Both the position numbers and the translations under genes were made by a program. A stretch of 63,594 bases of DNA, filler included, from Reclinomonas americana ATCC 50394 (lineage: Eukaryota): the NCBI GenBank assembly GCA_048213135.1. It is 12 parts of 6 records of this genome, joined end to end, with 100 filler letters (N's around TTAATTAATTAA, not from the genome) between each part and the next. Parts side by side here need not be neighbours in the genome. Positions count along the whole stretch, not along the records: positions 1 to 4,094 come from PS015577.1; positions 4,195 to 15,439 come from PS015577.1; 10 more parts are not named here. One strand, 5' to 3'. The stretch's first letter is position 1. Every line of letters starts with the position of its first letter. Under the pieces are notes generated by a model. That model was not told the DNA's origin. It saw nothing but the letters and a program-made list of their open reading frames with translations, and made no database searches. This document shows, in pieces, positions 1 to 13,149 of the stretch.

Positions 1-193
1 CGGGGGTGACGGCCACAGAGGCCACAGTCGATGTGTGTCCCTTCATGCGTTGCACCTCTGCTCCCGTCGCCAGTGACCACACGCGCACAGTCGAATCGTG
101 ACCGGCACTGACAATGTGCTGCGCGTCGGGTGTGAAGGCGACAGAGAACACTGTCGCGGTGTGTCCCGAGAGACACTTGGCGGTGGATGACAT
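1..193 (-). CDS. WD40-repeat protein, 5' part (runs off window start)
   Basis: ATG at 193 reads MSSTAKCLSGHTATVFSVAFTPDAQHIVSAGHDSTVRVWSLATGAEVQRMKGHTSTVASVAVTP, with typical GH...VAF.PD...SA.HD.TVRVW repeats. Confidence 0.85.
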   Translation of the reverse strand, partial: MSSTAKCLSGHTATVFSVAFTPDAQHIVSAGHDSTVRVWSLATGAEVQRMKGHTSTVASVAVTP

Positions 194-542
194 GTTGAGA
201 AACGGGGGGAAAAGCGCGCGAATCTCTGTGGGACGAGTCGACGTTCGCTGAGCGTGCAGATGTCTCTTTTTGCGCAGTATTGGTGGAGAATCTATTGTGG
301 TTCCTTGTGCGATTGAAGGAACTGGCAGGAGAGTGGGGGCGAAGTGGCGAAGTGTCCGTTGCGTGTCCCGCGCGCTCTGATTTCTGCTCTTTCTCATTGT
401 GAGAGAAGGGTGTTGTGTGCTGATTAACGAGTTAGAGGTGAGCGTCTGTCTCTCTCTGTGTGTGTATGTGTGTTTGTGTGTGTTTGTGTGTCAGTGAATC
501 TTTCATATGTCTGTGTGAGCTCACACGTGTGCTTGTCAGAGC

Positions 543-579
<37 letters not shown>

Positions 580-1540
580 CTTGTGTAGCACTCCTGTGAG
601 TGCCTGTGAGTGAGTGTGTGTGTGAAAAACAAGCGCGATTTTGAGTTGTCTCTCTGTCACTCTTCACACTCTTTCTGACTCTTGCTCACACTCACTCCTT
701 CTGCTGTTCGCACTCTTCTGCTCTCCTCTCTCTCATACGGTCACTTGTACACAATCACACTCAATCCCTCTCTTCTTCACACTCATCTGCTCTTCTCTCT
801 CTTTCTTTCTCTCTCTCTATCTCCCTCACAGTCACTCCCTCACACGCTCACTTCTCTGTCTCCAGTTGCTTGTCGTCGGGTCTCACACAGTACCTCTCTT
901 CTTCACACTCTTCTGCTCTCCTCTCTCTGTCTCTGTCTCCTCTCTCAAATTCGTTTCATGCTTGTCTCTCGCGCTCTCATTCTATTCTTCACACTCTCAT
1001 ACTCTCTCTCTCTCTCTCTCACTCACTGTCACTCGCACACTGTCTCGATGACTCACCAACTCACTCACTGTCTCGTACGCTCAGTCTCTCTCACCCTGGC
1101 TTTTGACTCAGTCCCCATTTCTTCACGCTCTTCTGCTCTTCACTCACACTCACACCCTGTCACTCGCACACTGTCCCGATACTCGCTCACTGTCTCCGTA
1201 CACTCAGTCTCTCTCACCCTGGCTTCTGTATCTCTCTCAGTCCCTCTTTTCCTCACACTCTTCTGCTTTCCACTCTCTGCCTCTCTCTCGCTCGCTCGCT
1301 CGCTGGCTGTTGTCTGTCACTCACGGTCACTCGCTTCGCTGTCTCCAGTTCCTCTCTTCTTCACACTCTTCTGTTCGCCTCTCTCCACTCAATCACAGTC
1401 ACTCTCTGCTTCGCTCATCCGCACGCCATCCGTCTCGCGCACACTCTTCTTTACTCTCCCTGACACTTTCTTCTCTCTTCATCCACACTCGCTCATTGTC
1501 TAACGATCCTCTTCCCCCGTCTCTCCCCTTGTCAGCTGCC

Positions 1541-4500
1541 ATGCAACGCCGTCCTGCGCACATGGATGAGGACTCACTGGTGGCCACCTTTATGAGCGCC
1601 TCGGGCATTGGCGATCCGGAGCTGGCGCGTGAGATCCTGCGTGCCACAGACTGGGATGTCGAGGTATGGTCGACTCTCCCTCTTTCTTGCTGTTGGTTCT
1701 GTGTTTCTTCACCTCCTCCATCTTTCATTGCAATTCTTTCGTTGTTGATTTGCATCTCCTTGTCTTCCTCCTCTTGTCTTTCATTTCCTCAACCTTTCTT
1801 CCTTTTCAATCTTTGCTCCCATCACTTCCCTCCCTTCCCTCTCTTCTTCTCTTCCTTCTCTTCGTTTCCATTCCTTTTCTTCTCTTCCTTCTGTATTCCT
1901 CTGTATTGTGCATTTTTCTTGTTCTTCTCTTCCTTCTCTTCTCTTTCTTCTTTGCTTCCTTTCCTTCTTTTTCTTCTCTTCCTTCTCTTCAGTTCCATTC
2001 CTTTTTCTTCTCTTCCTTTTCTCCTTTCCTTTTTCTTCTCTTCCTTCTCTTTCTTTCCATTTTCTTTTCTTCTCTTCCTTTCCTTCTTTTCTTTCTTCTC
2101 TTCCTCCTCTTCCAACTGTATTCCTCTTTATTGTGCTTCTTCTTGTTTTTCCCCTTTCTCTTCCTCTCCCTCGCCTTCTTCCTTTGCCTCGTTTTGTTCT
2201 TCCTCTCATTCTTGTCCTCCTCGTTTCCCCCTCCCCCCCCCCCCTCTTCCCCTTTCTCCCCCTTCCCCTCATTCTCTCCCCCCCCCCCTTCCCAGCGCGC
2301 CATCGCCTCCTTCGTGGAAGGCGACGCCTCACACTCGAGCGCGCCACCACCCCCACCCTCGCGTCCACCCCCACGCCCCGCACAGCCACCGCCGCCGCAG
2401 CGTCGTCGTGGTCGCGAATCACCACCCTCCAACAGCCTGTACGATGACGATGACGACGATGACGTGGTCGATGATGCGAGAGTCGCCGACGAGGTGGCAG
2501 GCGGGAGGTACCGCGATGATCCGGCGAGTGGGGGCGGGGAGCAGAGCACGGCGGAGGCCGGTGGGAGTGGCAGTGGTGTGCTGGCCACGCTGAGCAATCT
2601 GCCCGGAGCCGGTGTTGTGTCGTTTGTGTGGAATCTGGGCAAGCGGGTGGTGTTTGGTCTCGGTAAGGGTTGATGGGGAAGGGAGGGGGAAGGGGAGGGA
2701 AAGGTGAGGGGGCAGATAAGGAGAGAAGCGTCAGCTTTGCACACCGGTTCTCTGTCACACTCACGGTGTCGAGCGTATATTGTTTCTTTCTGACACAAGC
2801 GGTGTGGTCACATTTGGACGTCTAGTATCCCTCCTTCTGTGTGTTCTCCTATTGCACGAGCGATCTGGGCCCCGCTCAGCTATTTGGACATCTTTTATCG
2901 GCCTTTTATCACAGTGTTGTCTTCTGCGGTGTAATTTGTCTTGGGTTTCACTCTATTTCCCTTCGTTTTCTCCAATTGCACATGCGTGCTGGGTACGAAC
3001 AGCTCTTTTTGTTTTACCAATCGTTTCTCTATTCATTCCGACTCCTTTCCACTCGCACATGCACTAAGCACGCCAGCCCTCTGGAGCGCTCTAATTTTCG
3101 CTCCATTTCTCTTCGTGTGTTGTGCAAGTGGTCTGGAAGTACGAGCTGTTGCTGAGTCATTGAGTGTTGATTCAATAGCATTCATACTCTTAGGTTCCTT
3201 GATTTTCTCCTTCACACATTACCGCTGAGTGCGAGCAGTTCTTGGTGCATTCAGGTGCATTCCTTTTCTCCTGAGTTCTCTTCACTCACAAAAGCGGTCT
3301 GATAGCACCTCCTTTCTTGAGAACTTTCACTCGCTTCCTACAGCTGATGTTCATGCGCTCTAAGCACGTGTTCAGTTTATGCATTGGGGTTCCCTCCATT
3401 CCGCCATGCTCGTCTACTTCTTTTGAGTTTGGCAGTGAAGGAGCACTCGAATGCAAGCCGTCCTGCGTGTGGATCTCTCTCTGCGTGTGTTTACTCTGCA
3501 TTCCTTTTTCTGCGTTCTCTTTGCTTGTTTGCATGTTGGGCAACTCTTTCGCCTTCTCCATTTGCGGTAGTTTCTGCTATTCACTCACATCCTGTCTTGT
3601 TCACAGGATCACTGTTGGCATGGCCTTTCTCCGGAGGCAGCCGACCCGCAAATGTTTCATTCCGGCAGTTGCGTCGATTATCCAGCTCTTGCGCATCCGC
3701 TTCTCTTATTCAACGCACCTCTGCGTCTTATCTCTCCTCACTTCTCGCGACATTTGTCCCCTCTTCTCTCTCTCGACCTCCTTTCCTCTCTGTGCTCATA
3801 TCTCCCACCTTTTACCCACTTCTCACTTCCGTTTTCCGTCTTCCTCTCTCTCGGCTCCCTTCTCCTTCTCCCGTCCCGTCCCCTCTCTCGGCTCCTTTCT
3901 TTTTCTTTCCATCCCTTCACCTGTCTCGTCTCCCTTCCTCCCTTCCTCCCTTCCCCTTCCCCCTGCTCTCCCTTTTCCGTCCCCCCTTCCCCCCTCTCCC
4001 TTCTCCCCCTTCCCTCTTTCCCCTTCCCCCTTCTCCCCCCTTCCCCCTCCCCCCTGTTAATCCCTTCTCCCTTCCCCCTTTCCCTTCCGGCAGANNNNNN
4101 NNNNNNNNNNNNNNNNNNNNNNNNNNNNNNNNNNNNNNTTAATTAATTAANNNNNNNNNNNNNNNNNNNNNNNNNNNNNNNNNNNNNNNNNNNNGCTCGT
4201 CGTATCGACGTTCCCGGCGCTCGCCGTCTGCACCGTGCACAACCAGAGCGTCAACGTCATCAAGAGGCACGAGGGCCCGCTCTCCGGTGACGCCATGCTG
4301 GAGATGCTGTCGTCGTTGGTGGAGGAGCAGGAGGCGGTGGTGGCGGCGCATCATGCTGAGTCGTTGCGTTGGGAGGGAGAAGGGAGGACAAGAGGGGAGC
4401 TGATTCGATTGCTGATCTTTATCGATTGCAGACATCAGCGCAACGAGCGACAAATTCTGCAGGCGGAGCAGGAGGAGGCGTACGCCCGGGCGGTGGCACA

Positions 4501-6192
4501 GGACATGCAGCGAGTTGCGCAGCGCCCTTATTCTCTCTTTCCTCCAGTTGTTGCTTCTTCTTTCGACCTCCCGCGTTCTTCTCTCGTGAATGCCCCGTTG
4601 CTTTTATTGGCATCTCTCTCTCTCTCGCTCTCTCATCCCGCCTTCCCTCCTCTCATGCTGTCATTCCTTTTTCACTCGCCTCCTGCACACTTTCTCTCGT
4701 GAATTGCCTGTCGTTTTTTCTCGCTCTGGTCTTGCCTTCCTTCCTCTCTCCCCCGTTGCTCATGCAGTCATTCCTTCTCCTGCACCCTTTCTCTCTGTCA
4801 TTTCTCTCTCTCTCTCTCTTGAATTTCCCTTCGTCGCCTTCCCTCCTCTCTCCCGTTGCTTATACTATCATTCCTTCTTCACTCACCTGCTGCACCCTTT
4901 CTCTCGTGAATTTCCTTTCATTTTCACTCTCTTTAGCCTCCCTTCCTCACCTTACCTCATCTCCCCCGTTGCTTATGCTATCATTCCAAGTTTTCACTCA
5001 CCTCTCGTACCCTTTCTCTTGTGAATAACCTGTTATTCTCTCTCTCTCTCTCTCTCTTCGTCGCCTTCCCTCCTCTCCCCCGTTGCTCGTGCTATCATCC
5101 CTTCTTCACTCACCGCCGGCGCCCTTTCTCTCGAATGCCTTGTCATTTCTCTCACTTAAGTCTCCCTTCCTCGCCTTCCCTCTCTCCCGTTGCTCATGCT
5201 ACGATTTCTTCTTCACTCACCTCCCGCGCATTTTCTCTTGTGAATGCCCCTGTCACTTCTCTCTCTCTCTCTCTCCCTTCCTCACCGTCCCTCCTCTCCC
5301 CCGTTGCTCGTGCTATCATTCCGTCTACACTCACTTCCCGCGCCCTTTCTCTTGTGAATGCCCTGTCATTTCTCTCTCTCTCTCTCTCTCAAACTCTGAC
5401 TCTCTTATATCTCCCTTCCCCTTCCCCCCCTTCTCCTTCCGTCCCCTCCCCCTTCCCCTTCCCTTTCCCCTTTCCCCTGACCCCGCATCACAGCGACGTG
5501 CCGAGGAGCAAGCGGCACGAGAAAGGCAAGAGCGTGCGGAGCGCGAGGCCCGTGAGGCACGAGAGGCTGCCGAGCGCGCCGAAGCCGAGCAGCGCAGTAA
5601 GGAGGAGGCCAAGAGGCGCCGCCTGTCGGAGCGCGAACTCCGCGCACAACGCCTGCCGCCAGAGCCGACGGCCGGTGCCGGTACGGCTGTGGTGCGCATT
5701 CGTCTGCTGGACGGTTCGCGCTTGGAGCGACGGTTCTCCGCCGCCGATCCTGTGCAGGTGAGTGGTGGGTGTTGGGCAAAGGGGATTGTTTGCTGTGATT
5801 GACAAGATGTGCACAGGCCATCTACGACTATGTCGACGTGCATGCCAAGTATGAGATCTCGTTTGAGTTGGTGACGCCGCCGCCGAATCCAAAGGTGTGG
5901 GGGGAGGGAGAGGGAGGAGGGAGGGAGAGGGAGTCGAAAAGAAGATGAGAATGCTCACGCTCGAAGAGAGACTCAAAAAAGGTGAAAGAAAGAGAGCAAA
6001 TGGCACATAGGCGAGGAGAAACAGCAAGATGTCGAGAACCTCCCTTTCCCGCTCCCCTTCTCCCTCCTTCCTCACTCTTTCATCCCACCACAGGTGCTGG
6101 ATGTGGCGCACTCGGTCGAGCAGGCCGGCCTCATGCCGCGCGTGCAGCTGATGGTTCGCGAAATCCTCTCCGACGCCGAAGATGGCAACTGA
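1541..6192 (+). CDS. UBA-like + UAS + coiled-coil + UBX p97/Cdc48 adaptor (FAF2/UBXD8/PUX10-like), multi-exon, middle lost in a gap
   Basis: Exons at about 1541-1663 (LVATFMSASGIGDPELAREILRATDWDVE), 2296-2661, 4195-4362, 4432-4513 (ERQILQAEQEEAYARAVAQD), 5494-5757 (AVVRIRLLDGSRLERRFSAADPVQ), 5817-5894 (AIYDYVD..FELVTPPP) and 6093-6192 (SVEQAGLMPRVQLMVRE..*). Junctions are GT-AG and phase-consistent where both sides are visible. Confidence 0.85.
4095..4194. other. Artificial assembly linker N-TTAATTAATTAA-N (also near 15484, 23820, 27661, 36311, 37992, 40735, 52333, 56210, 57794, 62367)
   Basis: Identical six-frame-stop 12-mer embedded in ~100-nt N blocks. Confidence 0.95.
4560..5400. repeat. 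Degenerate intronic tandem repeat (core ctctccccgttgctcatgctatcatt...ttctctcgtgaat)
   Basis: Motif recurs about 7 times inside the 4514-5493 intron. Confidence 0.65.
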
Positions 6193-6301
6193 CAGCAACA
6201 CCACGCTTTCCTCTCTTTCTCTCTCTCCTCTTACTCCACCCAAGAGCGCATCGCGCGCGCCCCCACATTGTAAAGAAATTCACGCTTTGTCACACGCTTT
6301 T

Positions 6302-9300
6302 TCATATGTCATCCAGCGACCACACGCGCAGTGATTCGTCGTCGCCCACCGAGAGCAGCTGCTTGTTGCCGTCGCCCGACCATGCCACGCTGCGCAAGCG
6401 CGGGTGAGTGAGTGTGGGGAGGAAAGGAAGACACGACTGCTTTGCGTACCCGTTGACGGTCCCCGAGTGGCCATTCAGCGTGCCGGCGCACGTCACTTCC
6501 CACGATTCGGCCACTGGCTTGACGCGCCACACACGTAAGGATTCGTCTTCGCTGCAGGAGGCCAGAAGACGGCTGGAGGATGAGAACGTCACCTGCCAGG
6601 AGGGGAAGGGGTTAGAAGGAGAAGGGAATAGAAAAGCCGTCAGCAAATCCATTGACTCCCCTTGTCAACGCGCTGTACCTCGATCGGTTCCACTCAACTG
6701 ACTCTCTCCCAAGCACTTACTATCACTCACTGCTTCCTATTGCCTTTCCCCCCTCCTTCCCCCTCCCGCCACTCACCGCCCACACCACTCTCTCATGCCC
6801 GCTGCACACGGCCACGCTGCTATACGTCTCCGCATCCCACAACCGCACACTCTCGTCCACAGAGCACGTGGCCAGCAGTCGGCCATTCGGCGACCACGCA
6901 ACGCCCGTAACGTCGGCCGAGTGACCGCGCAGAGTACCCACTTCGGTGCCTGCCGTGGCAGCACGGTGAGGCGATGAAGAGAGAGAACGAAGGTGGTCCA
7001 GACGCAACAGTGCTTCGTGTCCGACACGTTGAAGACGCGCACCACGGCATCGGAATCACTGACACAGGCCAGCCGCTGTGAGTCGGGACTCCAAGCGACG
7101 CCTCGGACTGCGGTCGCGCACAGTGAGCAGGCAGTGAGGAAGAACAAGACCCTCAATCGACGTTACCGATGCTGTCCTCGCCAAACTCGAGTTTCGCCAG
7201 CGATGTGAATGCCTGCCCCGAGACACGCAGATCGAGGAGGCGCACGGAGCCGTCCCACAGCCCCACTGCCAAAATGCGTTGCTTGGGATCCACAGCCAGG
7301 CACTTCAAGAGGGAAATAAGTGAGAGACGAGACGCGCGAGCAAGCAAAGCATCGCAGGCGTACCTGCACTCCCGACACATCAATCTCGTACTTAACGACC
7401 TCGGAGCCGCTGTCGACGTCCCACATGATCAGGTCGCCGCTCAGAGAGCCACCCACGAGTCGCTTTCCGCGATCGCACCACGCCAAGCACGTGACGCGGC
7501 CCGAGGAGCCGGTGAGGCGAATAACGGGGGTGGACTGTGCGAAGGGGAAGGGGAAGGGGAAGGGAAGGGGAAGGGGAAGGAGAAGGCAAGGCGGTTGGCG
7601 AACACGAGAGGAGTAACACAGCAATGTCAACAGGAGAGAAGAGGCAGCACAGCGATGCACAGAGGAGCAGCAACGCAGCGACGCAAAGGGGAGCAGCAAC
7701 GCAGCGACGCAAAGAGGAGGAGCAGCAGCGCAGCGACGCAAAGAGGAGCAGCAACGCAGCGACGCACACAGGAGTAGCAACGCAGCGACGCAAAGAGGAG
7801 CAGCAACGCAGCGACGCAAAGAAGAGCAGCAACGCAGCGACGCAAAGGGGAGCAGCAACACAGCGACGCACACAGGAGCAGCAACGCAGCGACGCAAAGA
7901 AGAGCAGCAACGCAGCGACGCAAGGGGAGCAGCAACGCAGCGACGCAAAGAGGAGCAGCAACGCAGCGACGCAAAGAAGAGCAGCAACGCAGCGACGCAA
8001 AGGGGAGCAGCAACACAGCGACGCACACAGGAGCAGCAACGCAGCGACGCAAAGGGGAGCAGCAACACAGCGACGCACACAGGAGTAGCAACGCAGCGAC
8101 GCAAAGGGGAGCAGCAACACAGCGACGCACACAGGAGTAGCAACGCAGCGACGCAAAGAGGAGCAGCAACGCAGCGATACACAGCAGAGCAGCAACGCAG
8201 CGATACACAGCGGAGCAGCAGCGCAGCGACGCACAGAGGAGAAGCAACACAGGGACACAAGGATGATGTGCAGCAGCGCAGCGACGCAAAGAGGAGCACC
8301 AGCGCAGCGACGCACAGAGGAGAAGCTACGCAGCGACGCATAGAGGAGCACGCACTCCACTCCTCATTCTTCTTTCCTGTCATCCCCCTCATTCTTATCG
8401 CTTCCTCTTCCTCGCCCTCATTCCATCTCCAAACAGTGGCTCTTCTTCATCCTCTCTTCTCACTCTTCATTTCTATTCTCACTCACAATCTTTCTTCTCG
8501 GTCTCCTTGTCACCCTTCCCCACCGTTCCCTATCCTGGCTCTCCTGTCCCTTCCCCGCTCTTGTTTCCCTTCTCCTCATTTCCCTTCTCCCCCTTTCCCC
8601 TTCCCCTCCTCCTCACCTTCTCGCTCGCCGCACCCACATCCCACACCCTCACATCGAAATCCACCAGCCCACCACCACACGCACACCACTGCCGCTCCAA
8701 CGACCACGCCACACACTGCACGCCCTCCCCGTCGACATCGCGCAGCACCGTGCACGGCACTTTGAGTGGCTCCGCATCAGCGCCAAGCACCATCATGGCC
8801 GTCGCACCGCTGGCCGACGGTGCCTCCTCCTCAATCGTCTCACTCTCGCCCATGGCCTCGCCCTGCTCCATTTCGGCGGCCACCAGTTGCCTTGCCACCT
8901 CAGCTGCAGAGGGGGAGAGGAAGGAAGAGAAGGATTTGAGAACACTGCAAGGCTGCCTCAATGTCACTCTCTCCGCAGAGGAGACAAAAGAGTCTTTGAA
9001 TGATTGCCTGCAGAGAAGAGAAGAAGGAAGACAACCGCTTCGTTGTTTCTCTCCACTCCTCTTATTCATCCCATTTCAATCTCTGCTCTCGTGTGTGCAC
9101 AGAGAGAGAGAGAGGGAGAAGAGAAAAGAAAGAAGAGGAAAGAGGAAGGAAGAAACCTGCATGAGAGGAATATGGCTGTGTCGCTGTTACTCTCGATCCT
9201 CTCACTCGTCTCCCATTGCACTCACTCCACTCATGAGCAGAGGGAGAGAGGAGAAGGGGCAAGAGGGACCTTGAATGAGTGAGGAACAGAGGAAGGAAGA

Positions 9301-10536
9301 CAACTGCGGGAGAGAACTACACGGCTGCTTCTTCTCGAATTCTCACTGTCACTCTCTCCGCTCCTCTCACTCTTCTCCATTTCACTCTCTCTGTGCAGGG
9401 GGAGATTGGAGGAGACAAGAGAGACCTTGAATGAGAGAGAAAAAATGGGAGAGGAAGGAAGAGAAAGGCTTGAGAAGACAACAAGGCTGGCTTGCTCTTA
9501 GTCTCCGCTTCTCTGACTCATCTCCCATGTCAGCCTCACCGCCTGTGTATGCAGAGGGAGAGAGAGTAGAGAGAGAGAGAGGAAGGAAGAGAGAGGAATT
9601 AGAAGACAACAAGGCAGTCTTGTTGTTACTCTCCGCTTCTCTGATTCATCTCATATGTCAGCCTCTCCATCTATGTGAGCTGATAGAGAGAGAGAGAGGA
9701 AGGAAGAGAGAGGAATTAGAAGACAACAAGGCAGTCTTGCTGTTACTCTCCGCTTCTCTCGCCACCGTGAACTGAGAGAGAGAGAGAGAGGAAGGAAGAG
9801 AAAGGCTTTGAGAAGACAACAAGGCAGTCTTGCTGTACTCTCCGCTCCTCTGACTCGTCTCACATGTCAGCCTCGCCACCTGCGTGAGCTGATAGAGAGA
9901 AAGAGAGAGAGAGGAGAGAAGAGAGAGGGAGAGAGAGCAGAGGAGAGGACGGAAGAGAGGGGGTTGAGAAGACAACCTCTCTCTCTCTCTCCCCTCTCCC
10001 TCTATCGCATTCTGCCTCTCTCACCAGCTGCAGCATGTATTTCCTTGCCTCGAGGCATGAGCACGACAGGAGCTGCAGAGGAGACTGCGCGACCAGTGCT
10101 GCTGCTGTTGGTGGCTGAGTGAGCTGACTTGCGCTCTGTGGAGAGAGAATGAGTGACTGAGTGAGGCATTGAGAGAGAGGGTGCTCTCACCATCGCGCGC
10201 GCTTTTCTGATCCATGAGCCACTTGAGAATGATCTCGAGGAAGGAGGGAAGGCCGCCACCTGAGTGGTGAGTCAGTGTGTGTGTGTGAGAGAGAGAGGAG
10301 AGCGTGAGAGCGTGAGAGAGTGAAAGATAGAGAGAGAGGAAGAGAGCACTCAAGGATGCCTCTGTGTGTGCAAGAGTGTGTGTGTGTGAGAGAGAGAGAA
10401 GAGTGAGAGAGAAAGAGAGACGGAAAGAGAGAGAGTGATTCTGGGCGCGTGAGTGAGTAAGTGAGTAAGTGAGTAAGTGAGTGAGTGTGTGAGTGTGTGA
10501 GTGTGTGAGTGTGTGTGTGTGTATGTGTGTGTGTGT

Positions 10537-10598
<62 letters not shown>

Positions 10599-10981
10599 NN
10601 NNNNNNNNNNNNNNNNNNNNNNNNNNNNNNNNNNNNNNNNNNNNNNNNNNNNNNNNNNNNNNNNNNNNNNNNNNNNNNNNNNNNNNNNNNNGTGTGTGTG
10701 TGTGTTGATCACCTGAGGGTTTGCTTGCTGACTGTGCGCGCTTGATGAGAGGTTTGATGCCGAGAATGTCGGTGAGTTCCGCACGTGAGGAGACATCGGC
10801 ATCGCTGCGTGGCTGTGTGTGCAAGAGAGAGAGAGCGTGGGAGAGTGTGTGAAACAAGGATGATGTGAGGCAAACGCACATGCTCTTCATCGAATGACTG
10901 CAGTGTGCGGGTGAGTCCGCGGCGTCGTAGGTACTCGCGGATGCAGGCATCGGCGCACACAGTGACGCTGCGAGGAGGCAT
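6302..10981 (-). CDS. LisH-like / MINDY4-N-terminal-like domain fused to C-terminal WD40 repeats, multi-exon
   Basis: N-terminus CIREYLRRRGLTRTLQSFDEEH|PRSDADVSSRAELTDILGIKPLIK..|GGGLPSFLEIILKWLMDQK. WD40 exons at 8923-8617, about 7534-7363, 7303-7165, 7107-7010, 6950-6776, 6592-6450 and 6389-6302 (GHSADVTGVAWSPNGRLLATCSVDESVRLWD; GHSGTVN.VAWSGDG..LLSVGDDESLRVW). Confidence 0.8.
7640..8345. repeat. Intronic minisatellite, about 26-bp unit (gcagcaacgcagcgacgcaaagagga)
   Basis: More than 20 near-identical direct units with no spacers; explains the spurious repetitive ORFs here. Confidence 0.9.
9380..9900. repeat. Degenerate intronic tandem repeat (agaagacaacaaggcagtcttg...ctctccgcttctc)
   Basis: About 4 copies inside the long intron of the WD40 gene. 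Confidence 0.65.
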
Positions 10982-12040
10982 TCTCTCGATACGAGGCAGT
11001 TTCTTGGTGTCCCGCGGCCGGACATACAGGAAGTGTGAAACTTCTGTCGACAAAGAGACGCACCGCATGGTTGATGAAACTAACTGCGTGTGGTACTCGA
11101 CATTGAGATACGATGCTTGCATCTGCAACAAAAGCTGTGGCCGCAGTGAGAGAAAAACCATGACTTACGAAGTTTGAGAAGTTTGAGAAGTTTTTGAGGT
11201 TTGACTCTCTCCGCTCGCGACAACAACAACAACAACTGCGCCAACCACCTGCTCAAGCCACCACCGATATAAGATCCAGCAACAACATGACAAGCTCTCC
11301 CGTGTTCAACCNNNNNNNNNNNNNNNNNNNNNNNNNNNNNNNNNNNNNNNNNNNNNNNNNNNNNNNNNNNNNNNNNNNNNNNNNNNNNNNNNNNNNNNNN
11401 NNNNNNNNNNNNNNNNNNNNNNNNNNNNNNNNNNNNNNNNNNNNNNNNNNNNNNNNNNNNNNNNNNNNNNNNNNNNNNNNNNNNNNNNNNNNNNNNNNNN
11501 NNNNNNNNNNNNNNNNNNNNNNNNNNNNNNNNNNNNNNNNNNNNNNNNNNNNNNNNNNNNNNNNNNNNNNNNNNNNNNNNNNNNNNNNNNNNNNNNNNNN
11601 NNNNNNNNNNNNNNNNNNNNNNNNNNNNNNNNNNNNNNNNNNNNNNNNNNNNNNNNNNNNNNNNNNNNNNNNNNNNNNNNNNNNNNNNNNNNNNNNNNNN
11701 NNNNNNNNNNNNNNNNNNNNNNNNNNNNNNNNNNNNNNNNNNNNNNNNNNNNNNNNNNNNNNNNNNNNNNNNNNNNNNNNNNNNNNNNNNNNNNNNNNNN
11801 NNNNNNNNGAAGGAACCTGCTGCTGCCTCAGGATTGGTGTCTGTGTTAATGTTTTGGATACGGTTGAACTTGGTCATCAAGACTGCTGTTTTTTGTCATG
11901 GGCCGTGGTTTCTTCTCTTGCAGAAACGCCAGCAGTAGCCATCTCGACTTTTTCTCGCTTTTTCTGTGATGTCTGAGTCTCTGGTGCTCACTCAAGATGC
12001 TGATCATCATGCAGCTGTGCTGCTGTTTGGATTAGTAAAG

Positions 12041-12075
<35 letters not shown>

Positions 12076-12177
12076 GAATGGATTGTACTGTTTCTCACTT
12101 GCGTAACCATTACTGCTGTATTCCTCCTTTCCTTTCCCCCTCCCCCTTCCCCCCTCTCCCCGTTCCCCCTCGATCGA

Positions 12178-12687
12178 TCACACCCCCCTCCCCACTTCAT
12201 CCCCCCTCTCCACCTCCTCCTCCACCGGCGCCAACCCACCCTGCAGCACCTCCTGCAGCAGCTTCGGCGGCGACTGCACCATCGGCTGCGGATCGGCCAG
12301 CCGACGCTCCAGCACCTCCACCAACTTCTCCACATTGTCGGGGCCCACCAGCGGCGGCTCCAGCAGCTGGCCGTAGCGGAAGAACATCACCGTGGGTGTC
12401 TCCTGCACCAGGTAGTCGGCGGCCAGAGTGACAAGGAAGTCCACATCGACCTGTAAGAGAGGAAATTGATTCCTGCTGGCATGCAGTCTTTGGACATTAT
12501 TCTCCCTCTCTCCCTCTCTCACCTTGGCAAACTGCACCACTCGGTGGTAGTTTTCCGCCACCGCAGTGAACTGCGGCGAGAACGCCTCCGAGACAGTGGA
12601 CTGATTGGAGAACCACTCCACCACTGTCACCTTTGGCGACGAAATGTACGTGTGGAAATCCTCCTGCGAGACAAACTGCTTGACCAT
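12178..12687 (-). CDS. Thioredoxin-fold protein lacking CxxC (Trx-1)
   Basis: MVKQFVSQEDFHTYISSPKVTVVEWFSNQSTVS...VQFAK|VDVD...YLVQETPTVMFFRYGQ, with intron 12522-12451; the 3' end is uncertain. Confidence 0.75.
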   Translation of the reverse strand: MVKQFVSQEDFHTYISSPKVTVVEWFSNQSTVSEAFSPQFTAVAENYHRVVQFAKVREGERENNVQRLHASRNQFPLLQVDVDFLVTLAADYLVQETPTVMFFRYGQLLEPPLVGPDNVEKLVEVLERRLADPQPMVQSPPKLLQEVLQGGLAPVEEEVERGDEVGRGV

Positions 12688-13149
12688 GGCTCCACCCAGG
12701 ATATGAATGTCGTGATGCGCACGGAGGAGGACAGAGGAATCTCACAGAGGGGCACAGCAGTGGTGGTGGCGGTGGTTTGAGTGAAGTTTCTTCCAGAGGA
12801 ACAGCAGTCACAACAAACGGGGCTTTTCATTTGCAATCACTCTTTGTCTCACTATGTCTCTCCCACCCTCTCGCCCACTCGCCCACTTTCTCTCGCACTC
12901 ACTCTCTCTCTCTCTCTAACTCTCACTCTCACTCACTTTCAGTCACGCTGCGTTCACTCACTGTCAGTCACGTTCACTCACTCTCACTCGCTCTATCACT
13001 CAACAGCGACGCCCGTCTCACTGCAGACATGCGTACATGCTAAAGCTTCAGATGCGTTTGGAGGACTGCTAACAGCCTCCGGATCCGTCGCTGACATGCT
13101 GACGAAAACCACTCTCATCGATATCAAGTGCACTGTTGATACCGCTGCG

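Noticed and set aside
4139..4150. Recurrent palindromic TTAATTAATTAA
   Set aside because: Always centred in ~100-nt N blocks; an artificial six-frame-stop contig linker, not biology
641..5400. Long Ser/Leu/Phe-rich or Arg/Glu-rich ORFs in the ORF track (also 15490-16560, 29650-30450, 57800-58450)
   Set aside because: Artefacts of CT/GA-rich introns that lack stop codons
7640..8345. Regular 26-bp repeat resembling a CRISPR array or repeat protein
   Set aside because: No unique spacers and no cas genes; lies within a GT-AG intron of a eukaryotic gene
9380..9900. Second micro-exon array in the WD40 gene
   Set aside because: Units have inconsistent lengths and poor donors, and some contain stops; the flanking exons already join in phase 1
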